Assembly: GCA_038042445.1 (NCBI GenBank)
Contig: JBBTED010000095.1
Coordinates: 1 to 63,767, forward strand
DNA length: 63,767 nt
Source: Candidatus Firestoneibacteriota bacterium
GTDB lineage: Bacteria; Oederibacteriota; D2-FULL-39-29; JBBTED01
Reading direction: 5' to 3'
Shown here one piece after another: positions 48,247 to 60,118 of this stretch. The notes beneath the pieces were generated by a model. The model was not told the DNA's origin. It was given only the letters and a program-made list of their open reading frames with translations, and searched no databases. Numbering within the stretch: the first letter of the stretch is position 1; each line of letters opens with the position of its first letter. Position numbers and translations under genes: made by a program.

Positions 48247-51200
48247 CTATTTGTGTAGTCTTTTTGAAAAAGCAATGTGTAGGTTGTCAAAAATTTCATA
48301 TACTACAGGAACAATTATTAATGTAAGAATAGTTGATGAAAATAAACCACCGACTACAGCTATGCCAAGTGGTATTTGAAGTTCCATACCTTCTGCCCTG
48401 CCTAAAGCAACAGGCAAAAGTGCAAAAAGAGTAGCGATTGCAGTCATAAGAATTGGTCTTAAACGAATTTTCCCTGCTTCAATTATCGCCTGATGTCTTT
48501 CTATACCTTTTTTCTGATTTTTTATAATAAAATCAATTAAAACTATAGAATTAGTAGAAACTATCCCAATAAGCATTATTAAACCAATAAATGCCGTAAC
48601 ACCGAGCCCTACTCCTGTAATAAACAAAGCAAATATTGCACCAGTAAATGCAAAAGGAATTGCCAACATAATTGTTAATGGATGAATTAACGATTCATAC
48701 AATGATGCCAATATCATATATACAAGTAACATTGAAAGTAATAGCGCTATAAATAATGCTTTCATAGAATCCGCCATATCTTTCTGCTGACCGCCATATT
48801 CAACAAAATATCCCTCAGGCAATTCTATTTTTTTTAATGCTTTATCTAATACAGTATTTATCTGTGATAATTTCTTCTTACCAGTTATATCCGCAGAAAT
48901 TAATGCCAAACGTTTTGCATTTTCTCTTCGGATTACACCAGGACCTTCTGTATATTTAGCAGTTGCAACATCTCTAACAGGAAAAACAAAACCTAATGGC
49001 GAAGTAATCGGTATATCATTTATATCGCGTAAGTTTTTTCTGTTAGAAGTTTGCAATCTAACTCTAATATCAACTTCTTCTCCCTTCTCACGAAATATTG
49101 AAGCAACTTGACCTTCTACTGAAGTACGTATAATATCCGCAACCTGTGCAACTGTTAATCCATATCTTGTTAATTTTTCTCTGTTAAATTCTAATACTAT
49201 TTCAGGGTTCCCCTGCTCCATACTTGAATTGACATTTTTTACTCCATCTATCTTCCGTATTTCATTTGCAATTAAATCACTAAATGTCTTCAGCACATTA
49301 AAATCAGCACCATATATTTTAACCTCTACAGCTCTTCCTGTCCCAAACATCTCACCACCAGCAGGAGAAAGTTCTATTAAAGCTTTTGGATTTTCTCTTG
49401 CTATTGTATTAAATATTTCCTGTAAATCATCTTTTGTCGTTATCCTATCTTTTTTATTCAATACAAGAAATAATGTAGCATTATTTGAACCTTGCATCAT
49501 ACCAGTCATTGCTGCCTGCCGCTCACCCATCGCAGACGAACCAACTGAAACAGAAAGTTTATTTATATCTGGTAACTTCAATATTTTCTCTTCTATCTTT
49601 TCTACCATACGACTAGTTTCTTCAAGTGGAGCACCAACAGGTAATTTAAGCTTTATTTGATATTTTCCACCAGCTATTCCCGGCAAAAATTCCTTTCCTG
49701 TTTTTATAAATAATATTCCAGTAATAAACAAAACTATTACAGCTATACTTATAACTTTACTTTTGTTAGTAAGTGCCCACTCAAGTATTTTTCCATAAAT
49801 TTCTTTTATTCTGTAATATACACCTTCCTCTTTTTCACCTTCAAATTTTATACCTGCTTTAAATAACTTAGATGCCAGCATTGGAACCATAGTAAATGCA
49901 ACTAAAAGTGAGCCCATTAATGAATAAAACACTGCAAGACCAAATTCTTTAAATAATTCAGCTGCAATTCCTTTAACATATAATATAGGTAAAAACACAA
50001 TAACTGTAACTAAAGTTGATGAAATAACAGCAACTGCTACTTCAGATGTTCCCTCAGAAGCCGCATTAAATGCATCTTTACCTAAATTCCTGTGTCTGAA
50101 AATATTCTCCATTACAACAATTGAATCATCTACTAAACGACCAAGAGCTAATACAAGACCTCCAAGACTCATTATATTTATACTTGAACCACCAAAATAC
50201 AAACCAATGAATGCAAACAAAATAGATACTGGAATTGCTGTGCATACAATAAGAGTCGGACGAATTTTGCCGAGAAATGCAAATATTATTGCAAATGCCA
50301 AAAATGCACCTTCTATAGCGCTATTTTTTAATGCATTTATTGAATCAGTTATCATCTCCGAAATATCCATTACCATTTCAAAAGTCACATCTGAAGGAAG
50401 TTCTCGCTTTATCTGTGGTATTATCTTTTTTATACGCCCACTAACCTTAACTAAATTTGCATCACTTTCTTTCTGAATAACAATACTAACTGAACTTCTG
50501 CCATTAATATGTGACAAGCCTTTTTCATCTGCAAAACTATCTACAACATCAGCAATATCTATTAAATGTATAGGCACACCTCCTCGTGCACCGATATTTA
50601 GATTTTTTATTTCAGACAAATTGTTAAATTCTCCGATACTACGAATATTATACTGGAATTGATTCTCCTTGATATCACCCGCTGAAATATTGATATTTTC
50701 AAATCGTATTTTATTCATTATCATATCAATTGATAAACCATATCCAATAAGTTTGCTTTTATCTATGTTAATCTGTATTTCACGTTTTTTACCTCCCATC
50801 AGCATTATACCTGCAACTCCATCCACTCTTTCAAGACGAGGCTGTATTACATCTTCTGTCAATTTCTGCAACTCATACAAACTTCTGTTACCATATACTG
50901 TCATAAAAGCAACAGGAAACTCTGAAGTATTAACTTTAATAATTATAGGATCAGCTATACCTGATGGAAGATATTTTTTTATTTGCCCAATTCTATCCCT
51001 TATATCATTAGTTGCTTCATCAAGATTTGTTCCCCAGACAAATTCAGACATTATTACGGAAACTCCTTTTTGTGAATTTGCTTTAACATTTTTTATTCCA
51101 GAAATACTACGAATCGCTGTTTCTAATGGTTTGGTTAAAGCTTTTTCTATTTCTTCGGAACTCACACCTTCGTATTCTGTTATTACTGTAAGATTTGGAA

Positions 51201-51324
51201 AAGTTATTTTAGGCATCAATTCAACATTTAATTGCCACAATGACATACCACCTAAAACAACAATAATCAATATAAGCATTATTGTAGTAATAGGTCTTTT
51301 TACTGAAAACTCTGCAAGTTTCAT
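48247..51324 (-). CDS. RND (AcrB/AcrD/AcrF) transporter
   Basis: SVKRP, LVDDSIVVMENI, RLRPILMT. Confidence 0.93.
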   Translation of the reverse strand: MKLAEFSVKRPITTIMLILIIVVLGGMSLWQLNVELMPKITFPNLTVITEYEGVSSEEIEKALTKPLETAIRSISGIKNVKANSQKGVSVIMSEFVWGTNLDEATNDIRDRIGQIKKYLPSGIADPIIIKVNTSEFPVAFMTVYGNRSLYELQKLTEDVIQPRLERVDGVAGIMLMGGKKREIQINIDKSKLIGYGLSIDMIMNKIRFENINISAGDIKENQFQYNIRSIGEFNNLSEIKNLNIGARGGVPIHLIDIADVVDSFADEKGLSHINGRSSVSIVIQKESDANLVKVSGRIKKIIPQIKRELPSDVTFEMVMDISEMITDSINALKNSAIEGAFLAFAIIFAFLGKIRPTLIVCTAIPVSILFAFIGLYFGGSSINIMSLGGLVLALGRLVDDSIVVMENIFRHRNLGKDAFNAASEGTSEVAVAVISSTLVTVIVFLPILYVKGIAAELFKEFGLAVFYSLMGSLLVAFTMVPMLASKLFKAGIKFEGEKEEGVYYRIKEIYGKILEWALTNKSKVISIAVIVLFITGILFIKTGKEFLPGIAGGKYQIKLKLPVGAPLEETSRMVEKIEEKILKLPDINKLSVSVGSSAMGERQAAMTGMMQGSNNATLFLVLNKKDRITTKDDLQEIFNTIARENPKALIELSPAGGEMFGTGRAVEVKIYGADFNVLKTFSDLIANEIRKIDGVKNVNSSMEQGNPEIVLEFNREKLTRYGLTVAQVADIIRTSVEGQVASIFREKGEEVDIRVRLQTSNRKNLRDINDIPITSPLGFVFPVRDVATAKYTEGPGVIRRENAKRLALISADITGKKKLSQINTVLDKALKKIELPEGYFVEYGGQQKDMADSMKALFIALLLSMLLVYMILASLYESLIHPLTIMLAIPFAFTGAIFALFITGVGLGVTAFIGLIMLIGIVSTNSIVLIDFIIKNQKKGIERHQAIIEAGKIRLRPILMTAIATLFALLPVALGRAEGMELQIPLGIAVVGGLFSSTILTLIIVPVVYEIFDNLHIAFSKRLHK

Positions 51325-51327
51325 ATA

Positions 51328-52254
51328 TTATTTTAACTGCACTTTAATTCCATCTTGAATCATATTTAAATCACTTACTATAAGTATTTCACCAGAATAC
51401 ACACCACTTATAACCTCAAAATAATTTCCATCCGTATATCCAAGCACAACTTTTTTCTTTTTTACCACAGAATTGTCAACGACATATACATAATCTTCAC
51501 CCATAATTTTAACAATTGAACCCACAGGAATAACAGATACACCTGTATGCCTATTAACAATCAAATTAATATCTGCAGACATTCCTGATTTCAATACATT
51601 ATCAGAATTGTTGATTTCTACTTCAACTTTTGTCATATGATTAACAGAATCAGCTATTGTATTAATTTTAGAAATTCCACCGTAAAATTTTTTGTCAGGA
51701 TATGCAGAAGTTGTTATTTCAACTTTCTGACCTAATTTAACTTTGGCTATCTCACTTTCTATTACAGAAAATTCAACCTTAATAATATCAATGTTTACAA
51801 TTAATATTATCGGAGTTGCCATTGTAACTGACTGGCTAGCAGGTGAAACAGATGTTCCTTCATCTATATATCTTTTCGCTATAATACCCGCCATCGTTGC
51901 TCTAACAGGTGCTAAAACAAATTGAACACCAGGATCGTCCCTATCTATTTCTGCAATTATATCTCCAGTATTAACTTTGTCACCTTCCTGGACAAGATAC
52001 CTGTGCAACTTCCCTGAAACTTTTGATAATATAACAGCCTGCTGTTTTGGGAAAATTATACCTGCAAAACTTATTCTGTCCTCAATATCACTTTTTTTAA
52101 CACGTGACCATTCTACTTTCAAACCTTCCGTTAGATTTGTTTTATTTACTTCAATTGGTTTTGGATTTTTGGGGTTCATAAAACGCATAAAAATTAATCC
52201 TGCAAAAACAATTAATATTATAGCAATAATAATTGTTATATTTCTTTTACTCAT
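51328..52254 (-). CDS. RND periplasmic adaptor
   Basis: SKVSG..EGDKV..G, LKSGMSA. Confidence 0.88.
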   Translation of the reverse strand: MSKRNITIIIAIILIVFAGLIFMRFMNPKNPKPIEVNKTNLTEGLKVEWSRVKKSDIEDRISFAGIIFPKQQAVILSKVSGKLHRYLVQEGDKVNTGDIIAEIDRDDPGVQFVLAPVRATMAGIIAKRYIDEGTSVSPASQSVTMATPIILIVNIDIIKVEFSVIESEIAKVKLGQKVEITTSAYPDKKFYGGISKINTIADSVNHMTKVEVEINNSDNVLKSGMSADINLIVNRHTGVSVIPVGSIVKIMGEDYVYVVDNSVVKKKKVVLGYTDGNYFEVISGVYSGEILIVSDLNMIQDGIKVQLK

Positions 52255-52265
52255 ATATACTCCTC

Positions 52266-53624
52266 CTAAAATTGTCCAATTGATTTTTTTAATTTTGCTT
52301 TTGATAAATTATAATCATAAAGTGCCTGCAAATAATTTGTGTTTGCCTGCAATAAACTCATTTCAGTATCAAGTACTTCCAAATTAGTCGCCATACCCAA
52401 GTTATACCTTTCTTTAACTATATTTAAACTCTCTTGTGCCTGCTGTATATTTTTCTCCTGTGCAAAAATACTTTCTTTTGCACTTTTTAAATTTAGATAC
52501 GCTGACTTAACTTCCATAGTTATAAGATTCACAAGTTGCTCATTTGCCAATTTTGCCTGTTTAAGATTTGCCTGAGCCTCTTCAATTTTTCCAGAAGTTG
52601 CAAAACCATCAAAAATAGGAATATTAACTCCAACACCAACATCCCAACCCTGCTGCCATATAGTATCACTTGGTGGAAACTGTTGTCCTCTATTCCACTG
52701 ATAACCACCTAACAATGCAACACTTGGTCTATATCCTGTCCAAGCAATTTTTATTGTTTCATCACTTATTTTTTCTCTTAAACTACCAATTTTTATTTCT
52801 ACTCTATTTGCCAATGCCTCATTAATAAAAGAATCACTATTGAAATTCTCATCTTCATAACTTAATTTACCTATTAGTTTTATATCTAATAATGGACTTA
52901 ATCCCAACACAGTTACAAAATTCATTCTTGCAATTTCTGCTCCATTTTGTGCCTTTAAAAGTAATGGTTGAAAATTTGACAGTTGAACTTCACTACGAAG
53001 CACATCAAATTTTGAAGCCAAACCTTCATCATATCGTTTTTTTACAGATTCTATATATGTTGCAAGTGATTTATTTCTTTCAATTGTTGCCTTTAATACT
53101 TCTTCTGCAAGAATTACAGATAAAAATGCCTGAGTTACATTTAACTTCGCATCTGATATATTTCTGCTATAATCTTCCTGAGTAAGTTGTTCACTTAATA
53201 AAACCAGGTTATATCCTCCGCTAATTCTACCCCATGTCCAAACCGGCCATTGCAGAGAAATTTTTCCAACATACACATTTCCTTCTCTATCAGATACAAA
53301 ACCAAATGATGGGAAATATGTATATTCACCTGTTGGTAATCCTTGCGCATCAAATACAGGCATTTTTGTTGAACTACCCAAACTTAAATTTGAAAGATAT
53401 GAAGACCGTGTCAATCCGCCATAAGCACTAACCTGTGGGAAAAAATAAGAATATGCGGTTAATTTTTGTCCCCCAACTGCAGCAATGCGCTCTTTTGCAG
53501 ACAAAACATTTTGATTATGCACAAGAGCAAATGTTATACTCTCCTCTAAATTCAATGATGTAGGAATATCTTCTGCAAATGCAGAACAATGTATCAATAA
53601 GATTAAAATAATAATAACCCTCAT
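52266..53624 (-). CDS. TolC-family protein
   Basis: Signal peptide, OEP repeats, RYNLGMATNLEVLD. Confidence 0.9.
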   Translation of the reverse strand: MRVIIILILLIHCSAFAEDIPTSLNLEESITFALVHNQNVLSAKERIAAVGGQKLTAYSYFFPQVSAYGGLTRSSYLSNLSLGSSTKMPVFDAQGLPTGEYTYFPSFGFVSDREGNVYVGKISLQWPVWTWGRISGGYNLVLLSEQLTQEDYSRNISDAKLNVTQAFLSVILAEEVLKATIERNKSLATYIESVKKRYDEGLASKFDVLRSEVQLSNFQPLLLKAQNGAEIARMNFVTVLGLSPLLDIKLIGKLSYEDENFNSDSFINEALANRVEIKIGSLREKISDETIKIAWTGYRPSVALLGGYQWNRGQQFPPSDTIWQQGWDVGVGVNIPIFDGFATSGKIEEAQANLKQAKLANEQLVNLITMEVKSAYLNLKSAKESIFAQEKNIQQAQESLNIVKERYNLGMATNLEVLDTEMSLLQANTNYLQALYDYNLSKAKLKKSIGQF

Positions 53625-53638
53625 CAGTGTATAACTCC

Positions 53639-54109
53639 TTATTTAACTTCCTTCTGCCGTTTCAATATTCCCAATAAATTCTCAAGTGTAACAATAAATG
53701 CTTTCTGGTCATCAGTAGTTAAATTTTTGAGTAAAGAAGTCATCATATCACGGTGACACGATTCGATTTTTTTTATTATTTCCTGCCCTTTTACAGTAAG
53801 AGAAATTAGAACTATTCTTCTGTCTTTTTCATCGTGATTACGTTTCACAATATCTTTTTTAACTAATTGGTCAATACAATGAGTCATTGTAGGAAGCGTA
53901 AGACCAAATATCTTCGCCAATTCAGTCATTTTAAAAGAATCTTTATGAATAAATAATGTTACAGCTTTCCACTGAGGCATTGATAATTGAAAATCTTCAA
54001 ATTTTTCAAATTGATTAAATTTAGGCGCATAAACATTCAACATTTGCATTATATTGGGAATTAACTGCATTATTTTGTTAACATATTTTTCTATTTTCCC
54101 ATCACTCAT
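53639..54109 (-). CDS. MarR-family regulator
   Basis: ELAK..GLTLPTMT..ID.L..K..V.R..D..DRR...I.LT..G. Confidence 0.92.
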   Translation of the reverse strand: MSDGKIEKYVNKIMQLIPNIMQMLNVYAPKFNQFEKFEDFQLSMPQWKAVTLFIHKDSFKMTELAKIFGLTLPTMTHCIDQLVKKDIVKRNHDEKDRRIVLISLTVKGQEIIKKIESCHRDMMTSLLKNLTTDDQKAFIVTLENLLGILKRQKEVK

Positions 54110-54502
54110 AAAACCTCCCAGAAAACAGTCTTTTGTTTTCTTGTTTTTTAGATTAGATATTCAATATATTTAATCTTCTAAGTATTATATTATAAAACTA
54201 TTAAATCGTCAAGCTATTTTTAGTAATTTGTTAAATAAAAATTAAAGGTAATAGTTTAGCAATTGCAAGTAAGATCTTAATTGTAGTTGCTGATTTATCA
54301 GCGTTTTTAAAACAGTATATTTGATGGTATATACCATATCAAAAAATTATGTTTTAAGATAAACCAACAAATTGAGTATTACAATTAAAGACGCACTGTT
54401 TTAGATAGCTTTTCAATTAATACACTTGCCAAAATGTATTTGACTTAAACTCGTTAATCTACTATATATATTTACTGTAACTATTAAACCGTTACAAAAA
54501 AA

Positions 54503-54558
54503 TATGGTCTGGTGGAAAACTTGTCCTCGCAATCTTTAAGCGGGAAAGACAGACCATA
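54503..54558 (+). promoter_or_regulatory. Structured leader hairpin immediately upstream of lepA
   Basis: TATGGTCTG/CAGACCATA outer stem with inner CTCGC/GCGGG stem. Confidence 0.45.
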
Positions 54559-54569
54559 CTCTAAAAAAT

Positions 54570-56363
54570 ATGAATAATATTAGAAATTTTTGCATAATAG
54601 CGCATATAGATCACGGCAAGTCAACTTTAGCTGATAGAATACTTGAAATAACTGGCGCCATTTCAAAAAGAGAAATGAGAGAACAGGTTTTAGATAAAAT
54701 GGACCTGGAACGAGAAAGAGGTATAACCATAAAAGCAAAAGCCGTAAGATTGGATTATACTTTACCCGAAACCGGGCAGCAATATATATTAAATCTTATT
54801 GATACACCAGGTCACGTGGATTTTACTTATGAAGTATCTAAAAGTCTGGCAGCTTGTGAAGGTGCAATTTTGGTTATAGATGCAAGCCAAGGAGTAGAAG
54901 CACAAACTGTTGCAAATATTCATTTAGCATTAAACCACAATTTAACAATAATTCCTGTTATAAACAAAATTGATTTGCAACAAGCTAATCCTGATGGAGT
55001 AAAACTACAAATAGAAGAAATATTGGCTATTCCTGCCGAAGAAGCGATATTGGCAAGTGCAAAAGAAGGAATAGGAATTGCTGAAATACTTTCTACAATA
55101 GTAAAAAAAATTCCTCCACCAATATCTTCTGTTGATTTACCATTAAAAGCATTAGTATTTGACTCTGCTTTTGACATATACAGAGGAGTAATAATATTTG
55201 TGCGAATATTTGACGGTTGTATTAAAGCAAAGGACAAAATCTTAATGATGAAAACTCATACAATTTATGAAGTAGAAGAAATTGGAGTTTTTAGGCCAAA
55301 TATGGCACCTGCAAAAAAACTTTGTTCAGGAGAAGTAGGATATATAGTTGCAGGTATAAAAGAAGTAAGTTCTGTTAAAATCGGTGATACCATAACAAAT
55401 GCTGAATTTCCAACAACTGAAGCATTCCCTGGTTATAAAGAAGTCATGCCAATGGTATTTTGTGGATTATTTCCTATAAATCCAAATGAATACGCATTAC
55501 TCAAAGATGCACTTGATAAATTAAAGTTAAATGATGCTTCATTTAACTTCGAACCAGAACGGTCAACTGCATTAGGTTTCGGATACAGATGTGGATTTCT
55601 GGGGTTATTACATATGGATATCATTCAGGAACGACTTGAACGCGAATACAATTTGAATTTAATTGCAACATCTCCAAATGTTCGATATGTTCTCAAAGAA
55701 ATAGATGGCAATGTATCAGATATAGAAAATCCCAGTGAACTTCCACCAATAGGCCAAATAGAAGCTATTGAAGAACCCTATATAAAAGCAACACTTATAC
55801 TTCCACCAGAGTATATAGGTCCTGTAATGACTCTTTGTCAGGATAAACGCGGTATATATAAAAACACAGAATATCCTACAATAGCAAGGGCAATACTTAT
55901 TTATGAATTACCTCTTGCAGAAGTAATGTTTGATTTTTACGATAAACTTAAATCAATAAGCAAAGGTTATGCCTCATTTGATTATGAACTAATTGGCTTC
56001 AGACAAGGGGATTTGGTAAAATTAGATATTCTTGTTGCAAGTGAAATTGTAGATGCACTTTCATTTATTGTACACAGAGATAAAGCATATTCAATTGGAA
56101 AACAACTTGCTGAAAAACTTAAAACTATTATCCCCAGACAATTGTTCGAGGTTCCACTTCAAGCATCTATTGGAAATAAAGTAATAGCCAGAGAAACAAT
56201 TCCACCAATGCGAAAAGATGTTATAGCCAAATGTTATGGCGGTGACATAACACGCAAAAGAAAACTTCTTGAAAAACAAAAAGAGGGAAAAAAACGTATG
56301 AAAAGAATAGGTAAAATCGAAATACCTCAAGAAGCCTTCCTCGCAGTTTTAAAAGTTGAATAG
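54570..56363 (+). CDS. lepA: Elongation factor 4
   Basis: [51 protein letters not shown]. Confidence 0.98.
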   Translation: MNNIRNFCIIAHIDHGKSTLADRILEITGAISKREMREQVLDKMDLERERGITIKAKAVRLDYTLPETGQQYILNLIDTPGHVDFTYEVSKSLAACEGAILVIDASQGVEAQTVANIHLALNHNLTIIPVINKIDLQQANPDGVKLQIEEILAIPAEEAILASAKEGIGIAEILSTIVKKIPPPISSVDLPLKALVFDSAFDIYRGVIIFVRIFDGCIKAKDKILMMKTHTIYEVEEIGVFRPNMAPAKKLCSGEVGYIVAGIKEVSSVKIGDTITNAEFPTTEAFPGYKEVMPMVFCGLFPINPNEYALLKDALDKLKLNDASFNFEPERSTALGFGYRCGFLGLLHMDIIQERLEREYNLNLIATSPNVRYVLKEIDGNVSDIENPSELPPIGQIEAIEEPYIKATLILPPEYIGPVMTLCQDKRGIYKNTEYPTIARAILIYELPLAEVMFDFYDKLKSISKGYASFDYELIGFRQGDLVKLDILVASEIVDALSFIVHRDKAYSIGKQLAEKLKTIIPRQLFEVPLQASIGNKVIARETIPPMRKDVIAKCYGGDITRKRKLLEKQKEGKKRMKRIGKIEIPQEAFLAVLKVE

Positions 56364-56405
56364 TAAAAATATTTGTGGTACAATAATAGATAGAAAGGAC
56401 ATAAT

Positions 56406-56996
56406 ATGCAATTAAAAGAAGAAACGAAAGCAAAAATAAAAGAATATATTGAATCGATAGTTACTGCAGTCATACTCGCACTTTTAATAAGAACATTTGT
56501 AATTCAAGCATTTAAAATACCATCAGGTTCAATGGAAGACACTTTAAAAATTGGCGACCATCTTCTTGTTTGCAAATTTATATATGGCACCCGCATTCCA
56601 TGGACAGACATAATAATTCTTCCAATAACAAAACCTAAAAGAGGAGATATAGTTGTTTTTAAATATCCAAAAGACCCAAAACGTGATTTTATAAAAAGAT
56701 GTATAGCTGTTCCAGGTGATAAAGTTGAAATACGCAACAAAACTTTATATGTAAATAATCAAATACTTGATGAATCCTATATAATTCACAGAGATTCTTT
56801 TGTCCAACCACCTACTATTTCACAAAGAGATTTTTTTGGCCCGGAAATAATACCGCCAGATAATTATTTTATGATGGGTGATAACCGCGATACAAGTTTA
56901 GACAGCAGATTCTGGGGATGTTTACCTTATAATCATATAAGAGGTAAAGCATTAGTTAAATACTGGCCCCCATGGCGTATTGGACTAATTAAATAG
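56406..56996 (+). CDS. lepB: Signal peptidase I
   Basis: PSGSM, FIKR, GDNRDTSLDSR. Confidence 0.96.
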   Translation: MQLKEETKAKIKEYIESIVTAVILALLIRTFVIQAFKIPSGSMEDTLKIGDHLLVCKFIYGTRIPWTDIIILPITKPKRGDIVVFKYPKDPKRDFIKRCIAVPGDKVEIRNKTLYVNNQILDESYIIHRDSFVQPPTISQRDFFGPEIIPPDNYFMMGDNRDTSLDSRFWGCLPYNHIRGKALVKYWPPWRIGLIK

Positions 56997-58482
56997 TATT
57001 TACAAGACCTTGTATTGTATGTTGCCTTGCTTCACCAAATATATTTAAACCTAAATTTTTAGCAGTCTTTGAAGTTACAGGACCTATTGATACAAATTTT
57101 AAACTTTTACCATACCTCTTTAAAAATTCAATTCCAAGAAGCTGTACAAAGTTTTTAACTGTTGATGAAGAAGTAAAACTAACAAAATCTATTTCCCCTG
57201 CTTTGATTTTATCTTTTAAATCCAAAACATTTGTTTTATCAGGAACAGTATTATATATAATAATTTCTAACACATTAGCCCCAAGCTTATTTAACTCTTC
57301 AACAAGTATTTGTCGCGCACCTGATGCACGTGGAATTAATATATTTTTGCCTCTTAAATTTTCAATGCTTTTAATTTTTTTGATTATACCTTCATTTATA
57401 TATTGGTCTGGCATTAAATCCACTTTTATTCCAAACTTTTCAAATTCATCCTTTGTGCCGGGTCCTATAGCACAAATTTTCACTCCATCTAAAATTCGCA
57501 AATCCTTACCTTTTCTAAACACTCTATCTATAAAAATTTTAACTCCATTTCTACTTGTAAATATAACCCAATTGAATTTTTTTATTTTTTTTATAGCTTT
57601 ATCAAGTTTCGAAAAATTACGAACAGGAGATATTTTTATGGTTGGGAATTCAAAAACATAAGCGCCTTTTTCTTTTAAAAGAGATGTAAGCTCACTTGCC
57701 TGCTCTCTTGTTCTTGTTACAACAACAGATTTCCCAAAAAGCGGAAGTTTTTCAAACCAATTTAAGTTTTTGTGGAGTTGAACAACCTTTCCCACAATAA
57801 ATAATGCAGGCGGAGAAACCTTCTTTTTTTCTACCTCTGCTATTGCATTTTTTAACGTGCAGACTATTGTCCTTTGCTTTGGAGTTGTCCCCCATTCAAC
57901 AAATGCACATAATTCATCTGGAGAACGGCCATTTGCCAATAATTTTTTTACAATTTCAGGAGTATTTTTAACTGCCATATAAAATACCAAAGTGCCAACC
58001 CCAGGAGCTATTTTTGAAAAATCTACTGCACTTGCTTTTTTTGTAGGATCCTCATGACCTGTTATCAAAGTTACAGTAGATGTAAATTCTCTATGAGTAA
58101 CAGGTATTCCTGCATAAGCAGAAACACCTAAAAAAGCCGGGACACCGGGAACAACTTCAAATGGAATTTTTGCATTTAAAAGAGTTAAAGCTTCTTCTGC
58201 ACCTCTTCCAAACATATAAGGATCTCCACCTTTTAAACGGACAACATATTTCTTCTGTTTTGCTTTTTGGACAATTAATTTATTTATTTCATTTTGTTCT
58301 AAAGTATGAACACCTGCTTTTTTACCAACATATATTATTTGGGCATCTGGTTTAGCATATCCAAGCAAAGATTTATCAACAAGATAATCATATATCACAA
58401 CATCTGCCTGTTTTAAACACTCAAGCCCTCTTACAGTTATAAGCTTTGGATTACCCGGACCTGCACCAATTAAATATACCAT
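56989..58482 (-). CDS. cobA: Uroporphyrinogen-III C-methyltransferase / synthase fusion (CobA-HemD)
   Basis: VYLIGAGPG, RLKGGDP..FGRG.EE; HemD half VVTR, FTS.NGV, FTSSST. Confidence 0.93.
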   Translation of the reverse strand: MVYLIGAGPGNPKLITVRGLECLKQADVVIYDYLVDKSLLGYAKPDAQIIYVGKKAGVHTLEQNEINKLIVQKAKQKKYVVRLKGGDPYMFGRGAEEALTLLNAKIPFEVVPGVPAFLGVSAYAGIPVTHREFTSTVTLITGHEDPTKKASAVDFSKIAPGVGTLVFYMAVKNTPEIVKKLLANGRSPDELCAFVEWGTTPKQRTIVCTLKNAIAEVEKKKVSPPALFIVGKVVQLHKNLNWFEKLPLFGKSVVVTRTREQASELTSLLKEKGAYVFEFPTIKISPVRNFSKLDKAIKKIKKFNWVIFTSRNGVKIFIDRVFRKGKDLRILDGVKICAIGPGTKDEFEKFGIKVDLMPDQYINEGIIKKIKSIENLRGKNILIPRASGARQILVEELNKLGANVLEIIIYNTVPDKTNVLDLKDKIKAGEIDFVSFTSSSTVKNFVQLLGIEFLKRYGKSLKFVSIGPVTSKTAKNLGLNIFGEARQHTIQGLVNTI

Positions 58483-58497
58483 AATATTAAATAAACT

Positions 58498-58587
58498 TGT
58501 CATTCCCGAATGTTTTTATCGGGAATCCAGTGTCTTGTTTTATCAATATTTTAAAGACGCTGGATTCCTGCTTTCGCAGGAATGACA
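58498..58587. repeat. GTCATTC...GAATGAC palindromic element
   Basis: TGTCATTCCCGAA..TCGGGAATCCAG..CTGGATTCCTGCTTTCGCAGGAATGACA. Confidence 0.85.
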
Positions 58588-58634
58588 CGATGTTCAGTAA
58601 GTTTTTACCAAAATGCGTAATTATTTCAGCTTTT

Positions 58635-59564
58635 TTATGAAACATTATACTCGACTTTTTCAGCTAATTGTCTGCCTAATTCTTCTGCTTTATCTTTTTT
58701 GCCTTCAATTTTAGCACGAGATATTTTTTGACCATCATCAGAAAATACACCGCCAATTATAGTCAATTTCTCTTTATTAATCGTTGCAAAAGCTCCTATT
58801 GGCGTCTGACATCCACCACCTAAAGCTTTTAAAAAACTTCTTTCAGCAGATATAGCAATATGTGTATTCTTATCATTAATTTTACTCAACATATTAATAA
58901 TTTTTAAATTGTCAGAACAAACTTCTACACCAATTGCTCCTTGTCCAACTGCAGGCAACATAATATCTAAGGGTAATATATTACCATAAAGTAATTCATC
59001 TGGAGATTTTAAAAAACCTTTGCCTTCTTTTATCCAACCAATTCTAAGTAATCCAGCAGCTGCAATAACAATTGCATCGAAATTTTCAGAAAATATTTTT
59101 TTTAATCGTGTAGTTATATTGCCTCGCAAATCAAAAATTTTAAAATCTTTTTTAACCGCCCTTAATTGTGCAGCTCTTCTTGGACTTGATGTACCGATTT
59201 TAGCGCCATCTTTTATGTTTTTTAGAAATACTTTTTCTCTTGAAATCAACACATCACGTGGCTCTATTCTTTTCATTATTGCTGCTAATATTAATCCTTC
59301 AGGTAAATCTACAGGCAAATCTTTCATACTATGAACTGCCAATGAAATCTCTTTTTTAAAAAGAGCATCTTCTATTTCTTTTGTGAATAACCCTTTTCCT
59401 CCTATTTTTGCCAAAGCAACGTTCTGGATTTTATCACCTTTGGTTTTTATAATTTTTAGGTTAAATCCTCTATTATTATAAATTTTTTCAAGTGTTGCTT
59501 TCACTTGTTCTGCCTGTATAAGCGCTAATGCACTTCCTCTTGTCCCGATTACAATTTTTTCCAT
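58635..59564 (-). CDS. hemC: Hydroxymethylbilane synthase
   Basis: GTRGSALA, GKGLFTKE, VHSMKD, GTSSPRR, GGCQTP. Confidence 0.96.
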   Translation of the reverse strand: MEKIVIGTRGSALALIQAEQVKATLEKIYNNRGFNLKIIKTKGDKIQNVALAKIGGKGLFTKEIEDALFKKEISLAVHSMKDLPVDLPEGLILAAIMKRIEPRDVLISREKVFLKNIKDGAKIGTSSPRRAAQLRAVKKDFKIFDLRGNITTRLKKIFSENFDAIVIAAAGLLRIGWIKEGKGFLKSPDELLYGNILPLDIMLPAVGQGAIGVEVCSDNLKIINMLSKINDKNTHIAISAERSFLKALGGGCQTPIGAFATINKEKLTIIGGVFSDDGQKISRAKIEGKKDKAEELGRQLAEKVEYNVS

Positions 59565-60109
59565 AGCTCTTTCAAAATCTTTTTACGTGAAACTTGTGAT
59601 TTAACTTCTGATAGTATTTTTTTCCTTGAATTTTTTAATTTCTCCAACATCACGGCATATTCAGGACCATATTTTAGCTCAAGTTCTTTTTTTATTTTAA
59701 CGGCATAAGCAGGACTTGAACCACTTGTTGATACAGCTATTGTTAAATCGCCTCTTCTCACAACTGCTGGCAGTATAAAATTACAAAATTCGGGTAAATC
59801 CACAACATTTACAAGAATTCCTTTTTGTTTTGCGATTTTATAAACTTCTGCATTAATTAATTTGTCAGAAGTAGCAGAAATTACCAAAAATGCTTTATTT
59901 ATATCTGATTTTTTAAATTTTCGTAAGATTAATTTTATTCTTCCTGATTTGGAAAGATTTTTGACCTGTGGTATTACATCTGGTGCAACAACGCTAACTT
60001 TCGCATTACATTTAAGTAAGTTTTTTATTTTACGTAAAGCAACATTTCCTCCGCCAACAACAACACAAAGCTTATTTGATATATCTAAACATATTGGATA
60101 ATATTTCAT
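59549..60109 (-). CDS. Precorrin-2 dehydrogenase / ferrochelatase (SirC/CysG-N/Met8-like)
   Basis: VVGGGNVALRK, VNVVD.P..C.F, AVSTSGSSP. Confidence 0.9.
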   Translation of the reverse strand: MKYYPICLDISNKLCVVVGGGNVALRKIKNLLKCNAKVSVVAPDVIPQVKNLSKSGRIKLILRKFKKSDINKAFLVISATSDKLINAEVYKIAKQKGILVNVVDLPEFCNFILPAVVRRGDLTIAVSTSGSSPAYAVKIKKELELKYGPEYAVMLEKLKNSRKKILSEVKSQVSRKKILKELWKKL

Positions 60110-60118
60110 TATTGGAAC

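Noticed and set aside
43874..54109. Two convergent efflux clusters as a novel system
   Set aside because: Ordinary MacAB-TolC-like and MarR-TolC-MFP-RND architectures
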